Source: the human T2T-CHM13v2.0 reference genome, Homo sapiens. Taken from it: a DNA stretch of 64,000 bases. The stretch's first letter is position 1. Every line of letters starts with the position of its first letter. Of the stretch, positions 1 through 14,074 are shown in pieces. Location of the stretch: the NCBI RefSeq assembly GCF_009914755.1, contig NC_060930.1, one strand, 5' to 3'. A program made the position numbers and the translations under genes. The notes beneath the pieces were generated by a model, which worked only from the letters and a program-made list of their open reading frames with translations, searched no databases and had not been told where the DNA came from.

Positions 1-950
1 CTTTCCCACTGTTTCCAGTGACTTCTCAAAGGGTATGGCTTCCAGCTATTCTGGTGACCAGAATGACACTCCCCTTAACCCTGAGCTTCCTTGGGACATG
101 ACAGCTCTTGCTCACTGAGAATGAGTGTGAGAGTTTGAGGGTGGATCCTCCTTTGTAGATTGGGACCCATCCTACGTCAGCCTGGGAAAATCACTCCAAA
201 TATCAGAAAATAAATAAAACAAGGACAATTAAAGAGCAACAAGGTCTGGGAACTGGATCCAAACCAACCACCCACCTGCAGTTCCTCTAGATCTTACGCT
301 ATCACGAGGAGAGGGGAAAAAATAAATGAAGAAAAAAACCTCCATGTGTCCAGTGTTAAGCTCTCAAGCTGAGCAAATAAATAACCCTCTCCCCCTTTTG
401 GGTTCCCTGTGTCTCTAGAGAACAGGATGCAAAATTAAATTCCAAGCTCGTTCCAATAATTTGAGAAGATAAACTTCCAATTTCTTAGAATTTATGTTCA
501 ATTTGAATAAGCACCTAAAGTTACAGGCTCTCCAAACTCACACAAGTCCCCTACCCCCAGCTTTAAATCCCTGGAGGCTGAAAGTTTGGCAATGAGAACA
601 AACATTCTCACAATTTCTTATTCTTCCTTCTTCCACTTAAACTTTAACTTTCTCAACAATGCCCTTCAGAGGTTTCCTTTCAGCACGTCTTCCTCCAGTC
701 CTAGGAGGAATGTGGAAATATGAGAAAAAGAAACTAACAGCATGAGAAGAGATTTTCAATTTCTGTGGGTCCCCAAAATGGTTCAGTCTGAAGTTCGTAG
801 GAAGATGTGGAATCATTTCTCACTTGTTGTAAACTGTCATATCTCTGCTTATGAGCCATTTTTGTTCAGTAGATACCCATTCGACATGGAGATCTATCCA
901 CTCTCTATCCTAAGGGGCAGACTTTGGAAGAACTACTGGTTTTATTTTCA

Positions 951-1670
951 ATTCGTTCATTTATTTGCTCAATAAACATTAATTGAGCAGCTGCTGTGTA
1001 CTAGGGACAGAGCCAAGTGCTATGTTGACAAGCATTAATAAGAAATGGCTCCTGTCCTTAAGGAGCTCTAAGGAAAAAGAGAAGCAAGATATGGCGATGA
1101 ATGCTAGGATGGAGAGCTGCATGGAGGAAGGGCACCCATTGCAAAAGGGGCGAGGGGAATGTGGTCTGGGAAAGCTTCCTTCAGGAGAAGATACTTGAAC
1201 TGAGTCTTGAAACATAGCTCTAAATTAGCCACACAGTGAAGGTAGATAGAAATATCCCAGCATAATGTTTGTGGAGGGACAAACAAATCAATGAGGTTGG
1301 CACAGCATAGTGGCAAGAAATAAGGCTGGAGAATTGGACAGAGTCAGATGAGGAGAGGCCCTTTATTTCACCCTGAAGGTGATACAGTCATAGAAGGGTT
1401 TTTAACATGGAATGATGGGAGAGGGTCATCATTTCAGAGAGATTACTGCAGTATGATTTTGGGAGATGGACTGAAAGTGAACACACATGAGGAGAGAGAA
1501 ACACCATTGTAGATGTGACAACAGTGCCTCGGGGAGAAACTAGGGGACTACTGAAGATCTAGAAAGGACCCAATGAGAGGAATCCAATAAATATTGAGGC
1601 AAAATTTTCAAGATCTGATGACCAAATGGATAAATAGAGGGAGACTACAGTGGCTTCTAAGGGCAATTGA
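951..1670 (-). mobile_element. L2 LINE relic (3' region)
   Basis: ttcatttatttgctcaataaacattaattgagcagc... is the reverse complement of the L2 3' terminus, followed by degenerate L2 body. Confidence 0.7.
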
Positions 1671-2143
1671 GTGATTAAAACATAAACTAGTATTTTAAGA
1701 TTTGTTTGTTGGGGGGATGGTGGTTATTAACAGAATATCTACTCTGGCCTCTGACATACACACAAACATTCCTAAGACAGGAAAAAGAGGACAAACTTTC
1801 CTATGAGCCTCACAACTGATTCTCATTATTCTAGAAAGCCTTGCCTCTCGCATTAGTGTTCTGTTTTCTAGACTTTGCTGACTCTTTCAAAACAAACAGA
1901 TAGGCAAAGAAATCTAAGATATCATTCACTAGGTAAAATAATTTGAATTTTGGCATCAACCTAAATGAGACCCTTTCAGTTATTTAGTCAACAGTGTTTA
2001 CTGGGATTTATTCTGTGCTGAGCACTGCAAATACAAGAAGAGATAGAACCCACATTCAAACTTCTTCATTAGTCCATATTCTTTGTACATTTATGTTTTT
2101 ATTTGTTTGTTTGCTTACACCTGGTTATGATCATACATTTCAG

Positions 2144-2328
2144 CAGTGGTCCTCAAACTAGAGCGTAAATAGGAATAACTTGGAGAGGTGGTCAAACTAC
2201 AGCTTCCTGAGCCCTGTCCCCAAAGTTCATGACTCACTGAGTCAGTCAGGGTAGGGCCCATGAATTTGCCTTTCTATTAGTGCAATTTCTAGTACTACTG
2301 GTGGGAGGCCCACACTCTGAGAAGCATT
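2144..2328. mobile_element. MER5A (hAT-Charlie MITE)
   Basis: cagtggtcctcaaact...cacactctgagaagca termini, ~185 bp, internal agggcccatgaatttgc. Confidence 0.8.
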
Positions 2329-3029
2329 TATTTACGGCTTTGAGCGAGAGTAACTTTGTGAAGCAATGTAAGGTTGTTTCCTGTGGTCCTGACGCATCCG
2401 TAATGTGGAATTGATGTCAATGGGAATTACACAGGCCACAGAGGTGTCACACACAGGCCTTAGGTGCTCATGACCAACCTCTCACCATGGAGCTGTTGCC
2501 TCCTGTTTTTCAGTTGCCTCTCCCATTGGGCATTGCTGTCGCTGTTGCTCCATACGTTGCTGCAGTTACGGCACTTGAGGAGGTCAAACAGTCCCTGTTG
2601 GAGAGACTGGAGAAATGGGAGCAAACCTGTCTCTCTCTAAACTTCTGTTATTTTATCTGACCTTAAGAGTAAGATTAATAATCTGATCACCTAATCATCT
2701 GGAGAGGACAGCGAGATTTGCCAAATATTAACAGACATGGGAAAGGCTGTGATGTTCAGCTGAGGGCCAGTCATGCAGTTAGCCTGGACCACAAAAAAGA
2801 TAAATGGGTAAGAACCTGCCTTGCAGTTGCATTGTGAGTGTAATAGCTTGCCAAATGCCTCGGCTATGAATGAGTTTTCTTGTATGGGTCTCTTCTAGGT
2901 AGAGCAAAGTCCCTTCTGTTTACTTACAACATTCAGGAGTGTTTCTGATATTTGCCTTTAGGTATATGCTTTTCAATCTCACATACAGGAAAATCATACC
3001 GGAAGTTATTGGGTAATTCAAGTATCAAA

Positions 3030-3485
3030 TGAAGTGAGAGCAATGGGAGTGGAAAGAAGATACAAATTTCAAATTTAAAGAATGTTGGAAAACAAACAGT
3101 AAAAGACTTGTTTTCTACAACAGAGGGCGATGTGAGACGAGAAAAAAATAGTTGAAATTAACTCCCAGATGTCCACCTCTTTTGACCAGGAAAAGGATGG
3201 CATCAATTACATAAATATAAAGATTGAAGAGGAATTGGTTTAAAAGGTTGAATTCTGTTTTAGACATCCAGGTGACAGTGGGACAGCCAGGTAAAAGTAT
3301 TTTGAAATATTTGGAAATCCAGGACTGGAGTCTGGGTGAGAAAGGTGGCTTGGAGGACAGTGTTAGAAGGCCCCTGCTTAGCTGTCACTTAGAATTGATA
3401 ACTGAGGCCTATCAGTGATGAACTCACTGAGAGAGGGTCTGTGAGAGAACAGTCGGAAGACTGAGGGTGGAACCCTGATATTCCT
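3030..3485 (-). mobile_element. L2 relic
   Basis: gaattctgttttagacat...ggactggagtctgggtgagaaagg...gagggtggaaccctg resembles antisense L2 body. Confidence 0.6.
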
Positions 3486-6400
3486 TCCAGAAGGGTTCCA
3501 AATAAGTTCTTCTTGGATTTGATACCTTTGTGCATTCTCAGTTCACTGTTTCAGTTAAAATATAGGTGGTATTCCTGGAACATAGTATGGGGCTGCCTTT
3601 GGAGACCTCCTCAAGTACCTGAGCATGTGCGCATGACTACTTGCATCTATGCCCACCTGTATAGAAAAAAAATGGCTTTTCTACTCATTTTAGAGGGTGA
3701 ATTGGGGCATTTTCAATTCTCTCAGAAAGACGTAACAGAAGTGTCTGAAATGGCATGCTAACTACCCTTAAAATGTCTGTAGCTTTTCTCTTTTCCATAT
3801 TATTCATGCCATGTGATACTGACCTGGGGATACTTCCCAGCCACATTTGAAAGCCTCCCCTGAAGTTGCAAACCCAATGGTTTGGAAAAGATATTTTGAA
3901 TAACTTAAAATATACAGTGTAAACAAACTGGCCTTTTAGTATGAAGTGTACTAAATTAAAGAAACCAGATGCTTTGGTTGGCTTGGAACAGCTGAATTAT
4001 GATTGGCTCTCCTTCACTAACCATTTTCTTTGGGGCCTCCTCTCTCTGCTCCTTCTTCCCCTCTCTCTCTCTCCTCCCACATTGATATTTTTCTTTTTTT
4101 TCAGAAAGCCATAAGCTCATCAGATACAAGAGACATAGCTCCCTAATATCAGCAACAAATGATTTCTGAAATTAGCATTGTTGTAAATTTAAATTGTTTG
4201 CCTGTACTCACTGAAATTTGCTTATAAAGACTTGATGTAAGAGTGAGTCATCCTTCAATTAAAGTTCTACATGCAAAGGACTTTTCTATGTAACAATTTT
4301 GACTTCAAAATTAAATATTCCTCTTTCAACTAACTACCAACTGGGACATTGTGTAAGGTCTATAGGAAATCATTTCGATCATTTCAATCCCTAACTCTCC
4401 AAATTATTTATCCATATGAAATCAAGAAGCCCCACAACCCTCTGAGATAGGGTTCCAAACCCAAATATCCCAATTCGCTAAAGTTAGATAAACCTCCATG
4501 CAACCGAGTAGCTTTCCCTGACACAGGATGGCCAAATTTATGCCATCTCTAATCAATTGATACCTTGGAAAATTACTAGTTAATGCAAACTGAAATCTGC
4601 TTTCATCTGAAATATCTGCAGAACTGTGCCAGAAATATATATTCAGCTTGGACTCTAGGAATAGAATCTCTAGAAAGGGAAGGGGATGAAAGGAAGGAAA
4701 GAAAAGAGTAGGGAAGGGAAATTTTACACAGCCCAGTAGCAGTAAAAATAGATCAACACTATTACCTCAATGATTAATATGCCACATAGTTGGGAAAAAC
4801 TTTGTGTTTCTGTGATTCAAGATAAACACTAGCAGTCTCCGTCAGAAGGGTCAATTATGGCTTAGCTAATACAGGTAGTTGTGAAACATTTTGTAAGTAT
4901 AGTGTTCTTATTATAAGTATTAGGTGTAAAAGGCAAATTGCCAGATGCCATCTCATAATTGTTGGAATCCTACTGTATTTGAACTGGATAAGGGAATCTT
5001 ATCTTAGATCAAGGCATCTAAAAGGTACTTATCTTTATGTTCTCCCTTTAAGGATACCTTTTTATTGTGCTTTAGTAAATCAAGTCTCAGAATGGAATTG
5101 GTTCCAAATAATTTGCAGGGGGTTCATTTCATTTCAATTTCAAGGTGGTGAAAAAAAATCACTCCAGAAATTCTCCATGACCTCTTTTTTTTCTTCAAAA
5201 CACCCATCTCCTCCACCTATCCCCTTCACCCCTCTTTCCCTCTAGGTCTCGACTCCTAGCCGATGGCTGGCCCCTGGGGCATCTGCCACTTGCAGGAGAG
5301 CTGGGTGGAATGGAGCAGGCACACTCTGGGATGAACGTTCCAGGGTTTTTCCCATCCTAGTCGAGCCTCACCGAACTTTTCCAAAATGTGCTATTGTATT
5401 AGATACATTTAAGAGGGTCTTAAAGTGGTAACTGGCTCACCAGAGTTACAGGATCTTTTTGTCATCAGCATTTTATTGCACAGTCTGACTTCACTTCCCA
5501 GTTCTGAGACAGGAAAAGAAAAATGGGTCTACCAATGTTTCCTGCCGAATCACTCAATGCTCAAGGCAGGGGAAAATATATATATATGTTTTTGCTAGAA
5601 ACTTCACATAGAAAATGAGTCAGGATATTCTATTTTGTGTCTTGACTTTGCATCTTTATGCCAAAGTGCTGTCCTGGTATTAATCTGTTTTGAAATGTGT
5701 GGGGATTTGTGAAAAGCAAAGGCAAAACTTTTAAGCCTGGTAGCCCAGTTTGTCTTGCTATTCTAATGTGCCGGAGGGGGCTGAGTGTTCAGAGAAACAG
5801 CTCTGTGCCTGGCTGACTTTTGGTTGATGGAATCAGTTAACATCCACAGGCAGATATGGAAATCTTGACTTTCATCAGTAGGTTGCTGGCTATCTGGGGA
5901 TGCAGCACTGAAGGCAAAGAGTGGAGGCAAAGTAGTGGAAAGAAAAGTCAATACTGAAAAGTGCAAGGAATTTACGAAGCTCTCACCCATTGTCCAGGAC
6001 AGCTCCACTTCCAATACCGGGAAGTTATTGCCCCCACATTAATCCCTGGCTCCGTGGTACCGTAACTGACTAGGCCACAGGGAGATGAGAGTGTGACTGA
6101 GGAGCACAGGCCAACAACAAACACTTCAGGCTCAAGCAGTATTTTACAATTCATTACATCTTAGGGTCATTATTAAGCACTGAGCTTTGTGGGTTCTTTC
6201 TTTGGATTACTCATCCTTAGAATGTTTGCCCATCATACTCTTACGGTTTTGCTTTATTGGCCAAGTTTTACAATTTCTCCAGGCTGTGCTTCTTTCTTGC
6301 ATAGGTATTTTTAACCTTTGTCCAACAGATAGTTATTCTGCAGTACTTTCTAATAGTTCCCACCAAAATGCCTCTTTGTCAAAGGAGAATTCTTTCCATT

Positions 6401-6602
6401 ATTCTGTTTTCTGTAGTTGGATTGCGTGTCTGGGTAACTGGAGTTATAACTCCTGTGCTTGGCGAATATTCTAGTACTCAGTGTCATCCTGAGCAGTTGA
6501 TAACTTTTCTTTTGCATCTACTCTTATATCAGTATCCCTTTCCAGTTCCATTGTGAAGCTACTTGTCCATTCAGTATCTAATGCTTTTCTTAATGGCTTT
6601 TA

Positions 6603-6727
6603 TTTATTTTATTTTTTGGGGTGGGGGGGATTTAAGGAGTGGAAAATAGGCAAGAAAGAAGGAAGAGGCTCCCCCTGTACAGAGACAGAGGGAGGGGGGC
6701 TCCAAGCTGAATGAGGGAACCCCCTTG
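6603..6727 (-). mobile_element. Short retroposed ERV1 LTR fragment (MER61-like U3/R end) with A-rich tail and TSD
   Basis: Minus strand reads ggagcccccctccctctgtctctgtacagggggagcctcttccttctttcttgccta... then an A-rich tail; direct repeats TTAATGGCTTTTA (6590-6602) and TTAATGGTTTTTA (6728-6740). Confidence 0.65.
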
Positions 6728-8814
6728 TTAATGGTTTTTAAATATTCCCTTATTCTATCTGCTGTTTTTCCTTCACTCTCCTACTCTTAAGCCACTTTGG
6801 CCCCATACTAAAACTTTTCAAAAAGACAAACATCCCAATAGTGGTATATGTGGGAATCCAGTTTCTCTTTCCCCCATCAACACATCCAAAATAATTTTCA
6901 AAAACCTCGACACCAATCTGACTATGAGCGTGCATTTTCTCTGAGGGTGAATTTTAGTTACATCTCCTTTGGCTAAGGATTAATGATGCAGACATTTTAC
7001 TCAGAAGAAAAAACATAAAATGGAAAATACTGTTATTAGAGACATTCAGCAACAGCTTGAGAATGTCAGTAAGTAAAGCAGTGTGTGTACGGTGCCAAGA
7101 TAGACGGAGCAGCTGCTTCGGAAGAATATTGAGAAGCCAGCTGTTATTCCCATTGGCACCAGAACGTGCCAATCACCACACAAACTGTGGGCATCGTGCG
7201 CCAGATTCTGGGGGAGAGAGCGCCTTCACAAGCCAACTAGAAAAGGGCCCTTGTTGTTTTTATGTGTCAAAGTTCTATCTGCCGTTACTTGTATACTATT
7301 CTTTATCTACCCATTCTTCCTTCATAGGTTGGTTAGAATGAGAAAGACAGTATACTGAGGAGAGAAACATCTTTCTCTTTCACTTTACATTGTTATAACA
7401 AATAATTTTATGGTTTAATTGTTGATTGTGGCACGGCTGGGCATCTTACGTCGATTAATGGAGCAAACATGAACACATCCAAGTGAATTTCAGAGGGTGA
7501 CTAATTCACCATCTGATATGGACCAGTCCATTTTCTAAAGCTCTCTATCTGGGAACCAGAAGTTTTGGCTAATAAAAAATAGTACCTCAAAATACCTGCA
7601 CAATGACAGACATAAGAAAAATATAAGAATAAAAAATTAAAAATATATATCCCTAAGAAACTTTTTTACTTCCAAGCAAAGAAAGAAAAAAAAAGTTGTT
7701 CCCTAAATTTTATTATCACAAAGTAAGAAGAGCAAGAGACATTTTCCCCCAAAATTTATTCTGACTTGGAAATTAAGTTAATACCATAAAAATGTGGCCT
7801 AGTTAACTTTCACTTTGGCTTTCTATAAACAGGTTTTTGAGACCTAAAATCATTAACCTAGATAAGCAATTAGAAAGCAGTAACTTCATCCTCCTACTTT
7901 TCAGTATGCTAAGGCATGCAAAGCTTTCTAATTAAACAGCATCGGCTTCTCTAGAAGGAAGGTGAAAAAGAATACACCTCATATCTACATATTCCTAGTT
8001 TGAGAAATATATGTATATACATAGTCCTACTTTGAGGGCAGTGTTGTTCTCGCATTCTGGTTTAGGGGTTGTAATGCAACGTAGCCATGTGGCAAGCAGA
8101 GTTATGTTCTAGTTGAAATTGGGAACATTCTTGCTCTTAGAACTATCTATCTTGGAAATTTAAATAAATAAAATAAATAAGCAAAAAAATATATATTATC
8201 CATGGTTTCAACAAGTCAATACCAGTGGGAGAAAGCCTTTTTCTCTAAATCACGTAAGGAAGAGTGGACAATCAGTGGCAAATCTGTGGGACCATCCATC
8301 CCATCGGCAGTATACCAGTGCTACAAGACTAAAGTTCAATGTCACTCTGAGTGTTTCTTTTACCAGGGACATCTTTAAACCTAGTAAGTAGACTGCGGCT
8401 AAGGAGCATTCCTGAAACATTGCACAGGATGGAGCTAGGAGCAGATGGAGATTGATGTCATCAGAACTCAGCACAGGAAATAAAGATCTGAGTTGTAGCA
8501 GGTTATAATATTACTATACCGGGGGCGGGCAGAGAAAGAGAAGAGGCAGCCCCACAAGGGGGGAGTGGAGCTGTGGGATATCCCTTACGGAAATATTATA
8601 GACAACTTCTGCAGAACATCAACAATTAGTTCATAAATTTACAAACACTCATTGAAGGTGTGCTGTAAGTGATGCACTAAGCTGGATGCCCCTGAATCCA
8701 GGAGAACACAGGCCTAGAAGGAGAAAAAGCAGGGACACATTAAAAGTCTTCAAACTTTTGAAGACAGCATTACCACCAATATCATAAGGCAGAATAGGAT
8801 TAGAAGTCAAGTGG

Positions 8815-9120
8815 ACAAAAGACCATATATTGTATTGTTTGCATTTATGGATATGTCCAGAAACGGGAAATCTGTGGAGATAGAAGGTAGAATAGCAGTT
8901 GCTTAGGGCTTAGGACTAAGGACAGTAGGCTGGGGGGATAGGAAAGTGACAACTGAAAGGTACAGGGTTCCTTTTTATAGTGATGAAAATGCTCTAAAAT
9001 TGACTGTGGTGATGGTTGCACGTATTCTGGGAATATAGTAAAAGCCATTGAATCGTACACTTTAAATGAGTGAATTGTGTGGTATGTAAATTATATCTCA
9101 ATAAAGCTGTCATTTTAAAA
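8815..9120 (+). mobile_element. L1MB-type 3' UTR
   Basis: gtgatgaaaatgctctaaaattgactgtggtgatggttgcac...ttatatctcaataaagctgt. Confidence 0.85.
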
Positions 9121-11392
9121 TGTGAGGTAATAAAATTTGGCAGGGGGTGGAGGGGGAAGCCAAGTAAATTGAAGGAGCAATAAATACTCCAGAAGTGGAT
9201 CCTCTTCCTCAGGTTCCCATCCCCAGCCTGTATGCCTTTCCCCCGCCAAAAAAAAAAAGAAACACGGGGAACTATCAGATATTCTTTCTCACCTAGAAAC
9301 CGCAAAACACAAGAAAAACTCTTCAGAGAACTTCAGTACCTCATTTTCTATTACATTTGAAGCCCACTTAAATGTGAGACATGATAAGGTCCCACCTCAG
9401 TCCTAGGAGAACTGTGAGCTTGTGAATTATTGTTCAGAGCCTCTTCTAGACAAAAGGGCTTTAGCTCATAACAACACTAACCTCTGGATAAAAAGAGGAG
9501 ACTTTCAAGCTCTGTGAGGCCCTCTCATAAATAACAAAAAAGATTGGCACCAGGTAGGTCATTCCAGAGACTACAGCATTTACAAAGTTCTTCTATTTGA
9601 ATTTATTTCAAGCAGTCAATAAATAAATGGTTCCATGCTATTAAAAATGGAGAAAAGAGAAGACTACAAACAAGTGCTTCTACCTCCTGCAATTTGGTCC
9701 ATTTCTCCAGCTCCCATCTCAGAGAAAGATGCAATTGTTCATTTGATGACCCTGGTACTCAGCGTATTTTCTTTGGGGCCATCTTTTGAATATTATTTTT
9801 GCATAAAACCAAGTAAATGAATGGGAAAGTTGAAAAACATAATCAGAATGTTATATTGACACTGTTGTAGATTTTCCGAATGTTGAAAAACAAGAAATGA
9901 ATGGAAATGAGTTTGCCAAAGTGAACATTTTATGCATCTTTATATAGGGCATATTCCCAAGTGGAAAAACATACACTTGGATAAAGTAAAATGGCAAAAT
10001 ATTTTTGAAAATTTCAAATTTATGCCAGTTATTGGTCATAATTAGGCAGAACTCTTGCCCTCAAAAACTTACATTTTAAATATTCACTTCTTTGTGTGTG
10101 TCTTTTTCTCCTTCCTTATTTTCTGTGTCTAGTGTTCAGAGAAGGCACTTTTAGCTATTTTGTAGGAGCTACCATATTCTGCCCCACCACAGGAATGTAA
10201 TCTTTCCTATAGCCATCTGTCTTTCCAAAGCATCTATCTTAGTGATACACACGGTGATTACTAGCGATTGTGTAGGCCCTCTGAGATACCGAAAGACACC
10301 AAATTAGATTGTTGTGGGTTTTTTTTCAGTAACTCAAAAAGTGCTGTATTAGTGTTAGCCTTGAATGACTCACAAGCGACTGTTCTTTTTTATCATCAGA
10401 GATACAATCAGGGATCATCTTCTTCCATTGGGTGGGGTAGCTTGGGTTCCTTCACGTGGCTATGAGAAAGGCTGAACTGTGGAGCATCACGATCTGGGGA
10501 GAAAGCCATGCTAAAAGGTCCAGAAAAGACCCAGGAGGATGTCTTCCATAAAGTTGGTGATCAGTTATTATCAAAGGAACACTACAAATGTAAAGTTTCT
10601 CATTTAGGAATTTAGAGAATTTGTGCTTTTAGTTGAAGGGATTGTTGGGATATGAAATGGCTTCCCAGATGCTATTAAAATAGGCTTTGCATCATGACCT
10701 GGTTTTTTCTTTTTCAGAACTTGCATTGCGCCTTCCCTGTAGTAAATAATATGAAATGAACATACATCTTATTGTGCTCTTAATGTCATCGATAAATATT
10801 TTTCAACAGTAGTACATTTTATTATTTTTGTTATTTTGCTTTGAGTGTGAGTACACATTGTTGTCAAAGTCCTTTCTCAGCTCTGGTTTGGGCAATTCAA
10901 GAAAAGTGTGCCAGTTACCCTCTTAGTTTGAACCAGGTTATATGCAGAGTGCCTTGGGTTTTGTTAAACAACCAAGTCTCCTAGGAGGGCCAAGAAGTTT
11001 TCACCACAGATGCCCTAACCTCCCTGTCTCTGTCTCCCACTCCTCTGCCTCCCAAATTATCTCTCACCAAACAAACCACTGTACCACCTATTTCTTTATG
11101 CCAACCTCTAAGAAGTTCATACTCTATCAATCACTACATTTTTCATTTCAAAATACTCTACAAGTCAATTCATTTCACAGAGCCTCCCCTAACACACCAG
11201 AGCAATGCTAATCCATTCCCCTAGCCAAAGTGTCCAAATTCCAACAGGACACAATTCACAAATGACCAAAGATGATGCATATTATAAATATTTGCTTTCT
11301 GCCCTATTTGCTTTTGCCTCATGTGTCCTCTCTATTTTGTGCTTTGGGTGAGACCTTTAACATGTGGGTTCGGTTACAAAGTGAGATAGCCA

Positions 11393-11490
11393 TCAGTGGT
11401 TCTCAACATCTCCCCATTGAAGTCACTAGGGAAACTGTAAAAAATATGCCCAGATTCACTCCTGCCCAATTAAATCAGAATATCTAATTG
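11393..11490. mobile_element. MER5-family fragment
   Basis: cagtggttctcaac TIR and ccaattaaatcagaat. Confidence 0.55.
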
Positions 11491-12569
11491 AAAACAACTG
11501 ATCACAGATGGTTATGAAGGAGAGTAGAATGTTAGCCTAATTTCTTTTTTCCTCCCATACTGGGCTGAGGGGGAAATTCCTGGCCAGTTTCAAATATAAT
11601 GAAAAAAAGTAAAGAAAATGTTCTGATAACAAGTTAACAACTGCAGAATCCTGTGATTAGAAGGTTAAAGGTGGGCAAAAGCTTATCTTTTTCTAAGTCG
11701 CTGCATGTCAGACCAGAGAAATATAAACATTTGTTTTAAATAACGGTTCCCTTTTTCTACTAACTCTTACTATAAAGTTTCCATGACCCACACCTCACCT
11801 TACTTAACTGCTGTTGATGAGTAGTAAGATTCTCTGAACATTGATTCTATGAAGTGTGTTAACCTCAAGAAGTATATGTTCTAAAAAATCAAACATAGGA
11901 TAAGCGATGCTTGAGGTTTATTTGCAGGTAGTATTGTCTTAATTGTGTAGCTTAGAATTTTGCAACCAATGTGCTGTGAATGAATCTCCAGTGTGCTGAA
12001 ATATTCAATTCCCTCAGCCTCCTGGGTGGCCAGGCAGGCCTGGGACAGCCAAGACTGGGAATCAAATATTTTTTTTTTAATGTGTGGGAGCCATGGAAAG
12101 ATACAGATGGTAGAATCTTGAATGTTTGAAGTAAAAAGCAATACAGAGTATCAAGTTTGTGCTCTATGTAGAAGACATTATATACTACACATAAATCCAT
12201 TCAACAGTTACAATTATACATATAGGAGTAAAGCCATAAGCAGTAGCATATCACTTATGAGAAACTAAGCAATTCGTACTAAAAGAAATTGTCCCCGATT
12301 ATCATCCTGTAGCATAAAAATTACTGTCATTACTTTATATTGCTCACAGTCATAGTAATCTCCAATATAATAATACATGAGTATAACAGACTTAGAATAG
12401 GTATTCAATGAAGATTGACTAAGAATGGACATTGCTGTTTACCATCTCCAAAATAATTTTTCAGTATATATGTAATAGTTTTTCAGTTCCAATTCTCAAA
12501 TTCAAACATTAAAATCATGTAATTGGGTTTGGACATGAAGAACTACTTCTCTGGGTTCAATTATCACAA

Positions 12570-13360
<791 letters not shown>

Positions 13361-14074
13361 CACATCAAATGATCTCTGTAAAGTATCTCCACTTCAGTTT
13401 AATTACCCAGTATGATGGCTGTGAAAACAAACGATGCTGCTTGTCAGGGGTATGTTTAATGCACAGTGGAGGTCTGACTTGGCAAATTAATATATGACCC
13501 AGTCAATCCTATCGTGAGTTAGTGAGGCCCAGTCACAGAAGGGCAGGTTTCAGGGACTATTTCGCCCATGGGCAATGTTGTCTGAATTTTATATGCTTCC
13601 CAAATAGTCCTTTCCAAATTTCAAGAATATATGCTGCAAGGTCTTTCTTCCAAGGATGTATCTAGCACAGTCCAGCTTAATTAATTTTATGGATAAAGTA
13701 CTCCAAAATACACCTCTCCCTAAAATACATGTATTTGTATGTTATATACTTATAAAATCGATGGTAAACTTGTGTGAATGAACAGACCCATGGCCATGTG
13801 CCATGATCCATTTTCTGCCTTCTCTGTGCAACCAGGAGAATATTTATGGTGGCTTAGTTCCCTTTTCCAGAGAGGCCCATGAACACATAGGCCCTAGGAG
13901 AGTGTCTACACCACTGAGTGAGAAAGCCATCTCTGGGAGCCATGAGCAGAGAGAGAAGGGGGCACAGTAACAGGACTTGCCACAAGTGGAATGGGAAATG
14001 CAATGCAGGACCTGGTTTACAGGGAAAGATAAAACATTTGTTTGGGGATCTATTTAATGTATAAAGTGCCCCAA

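Noticed and set aside
4564-4720. Minus-strand acceptor at 4669 with AAG|GTATCA donor
   Set aside because: The tract is GA-rich low complexity and the donor is weak
5168-5430. Strong + strand acceptor (cctctttccctctag|5246); similar one at ~10717
   Set aside because: No convincing donor at exon distance; pyrimidine tracts alone are common
5665-5684. REST/RE1-like AGTGCTGTCCTGGTATTAA; CTCF-like strings at ~39040 and ~49548
   Set aside because: Each has wrong spacing or mismatches at core positions
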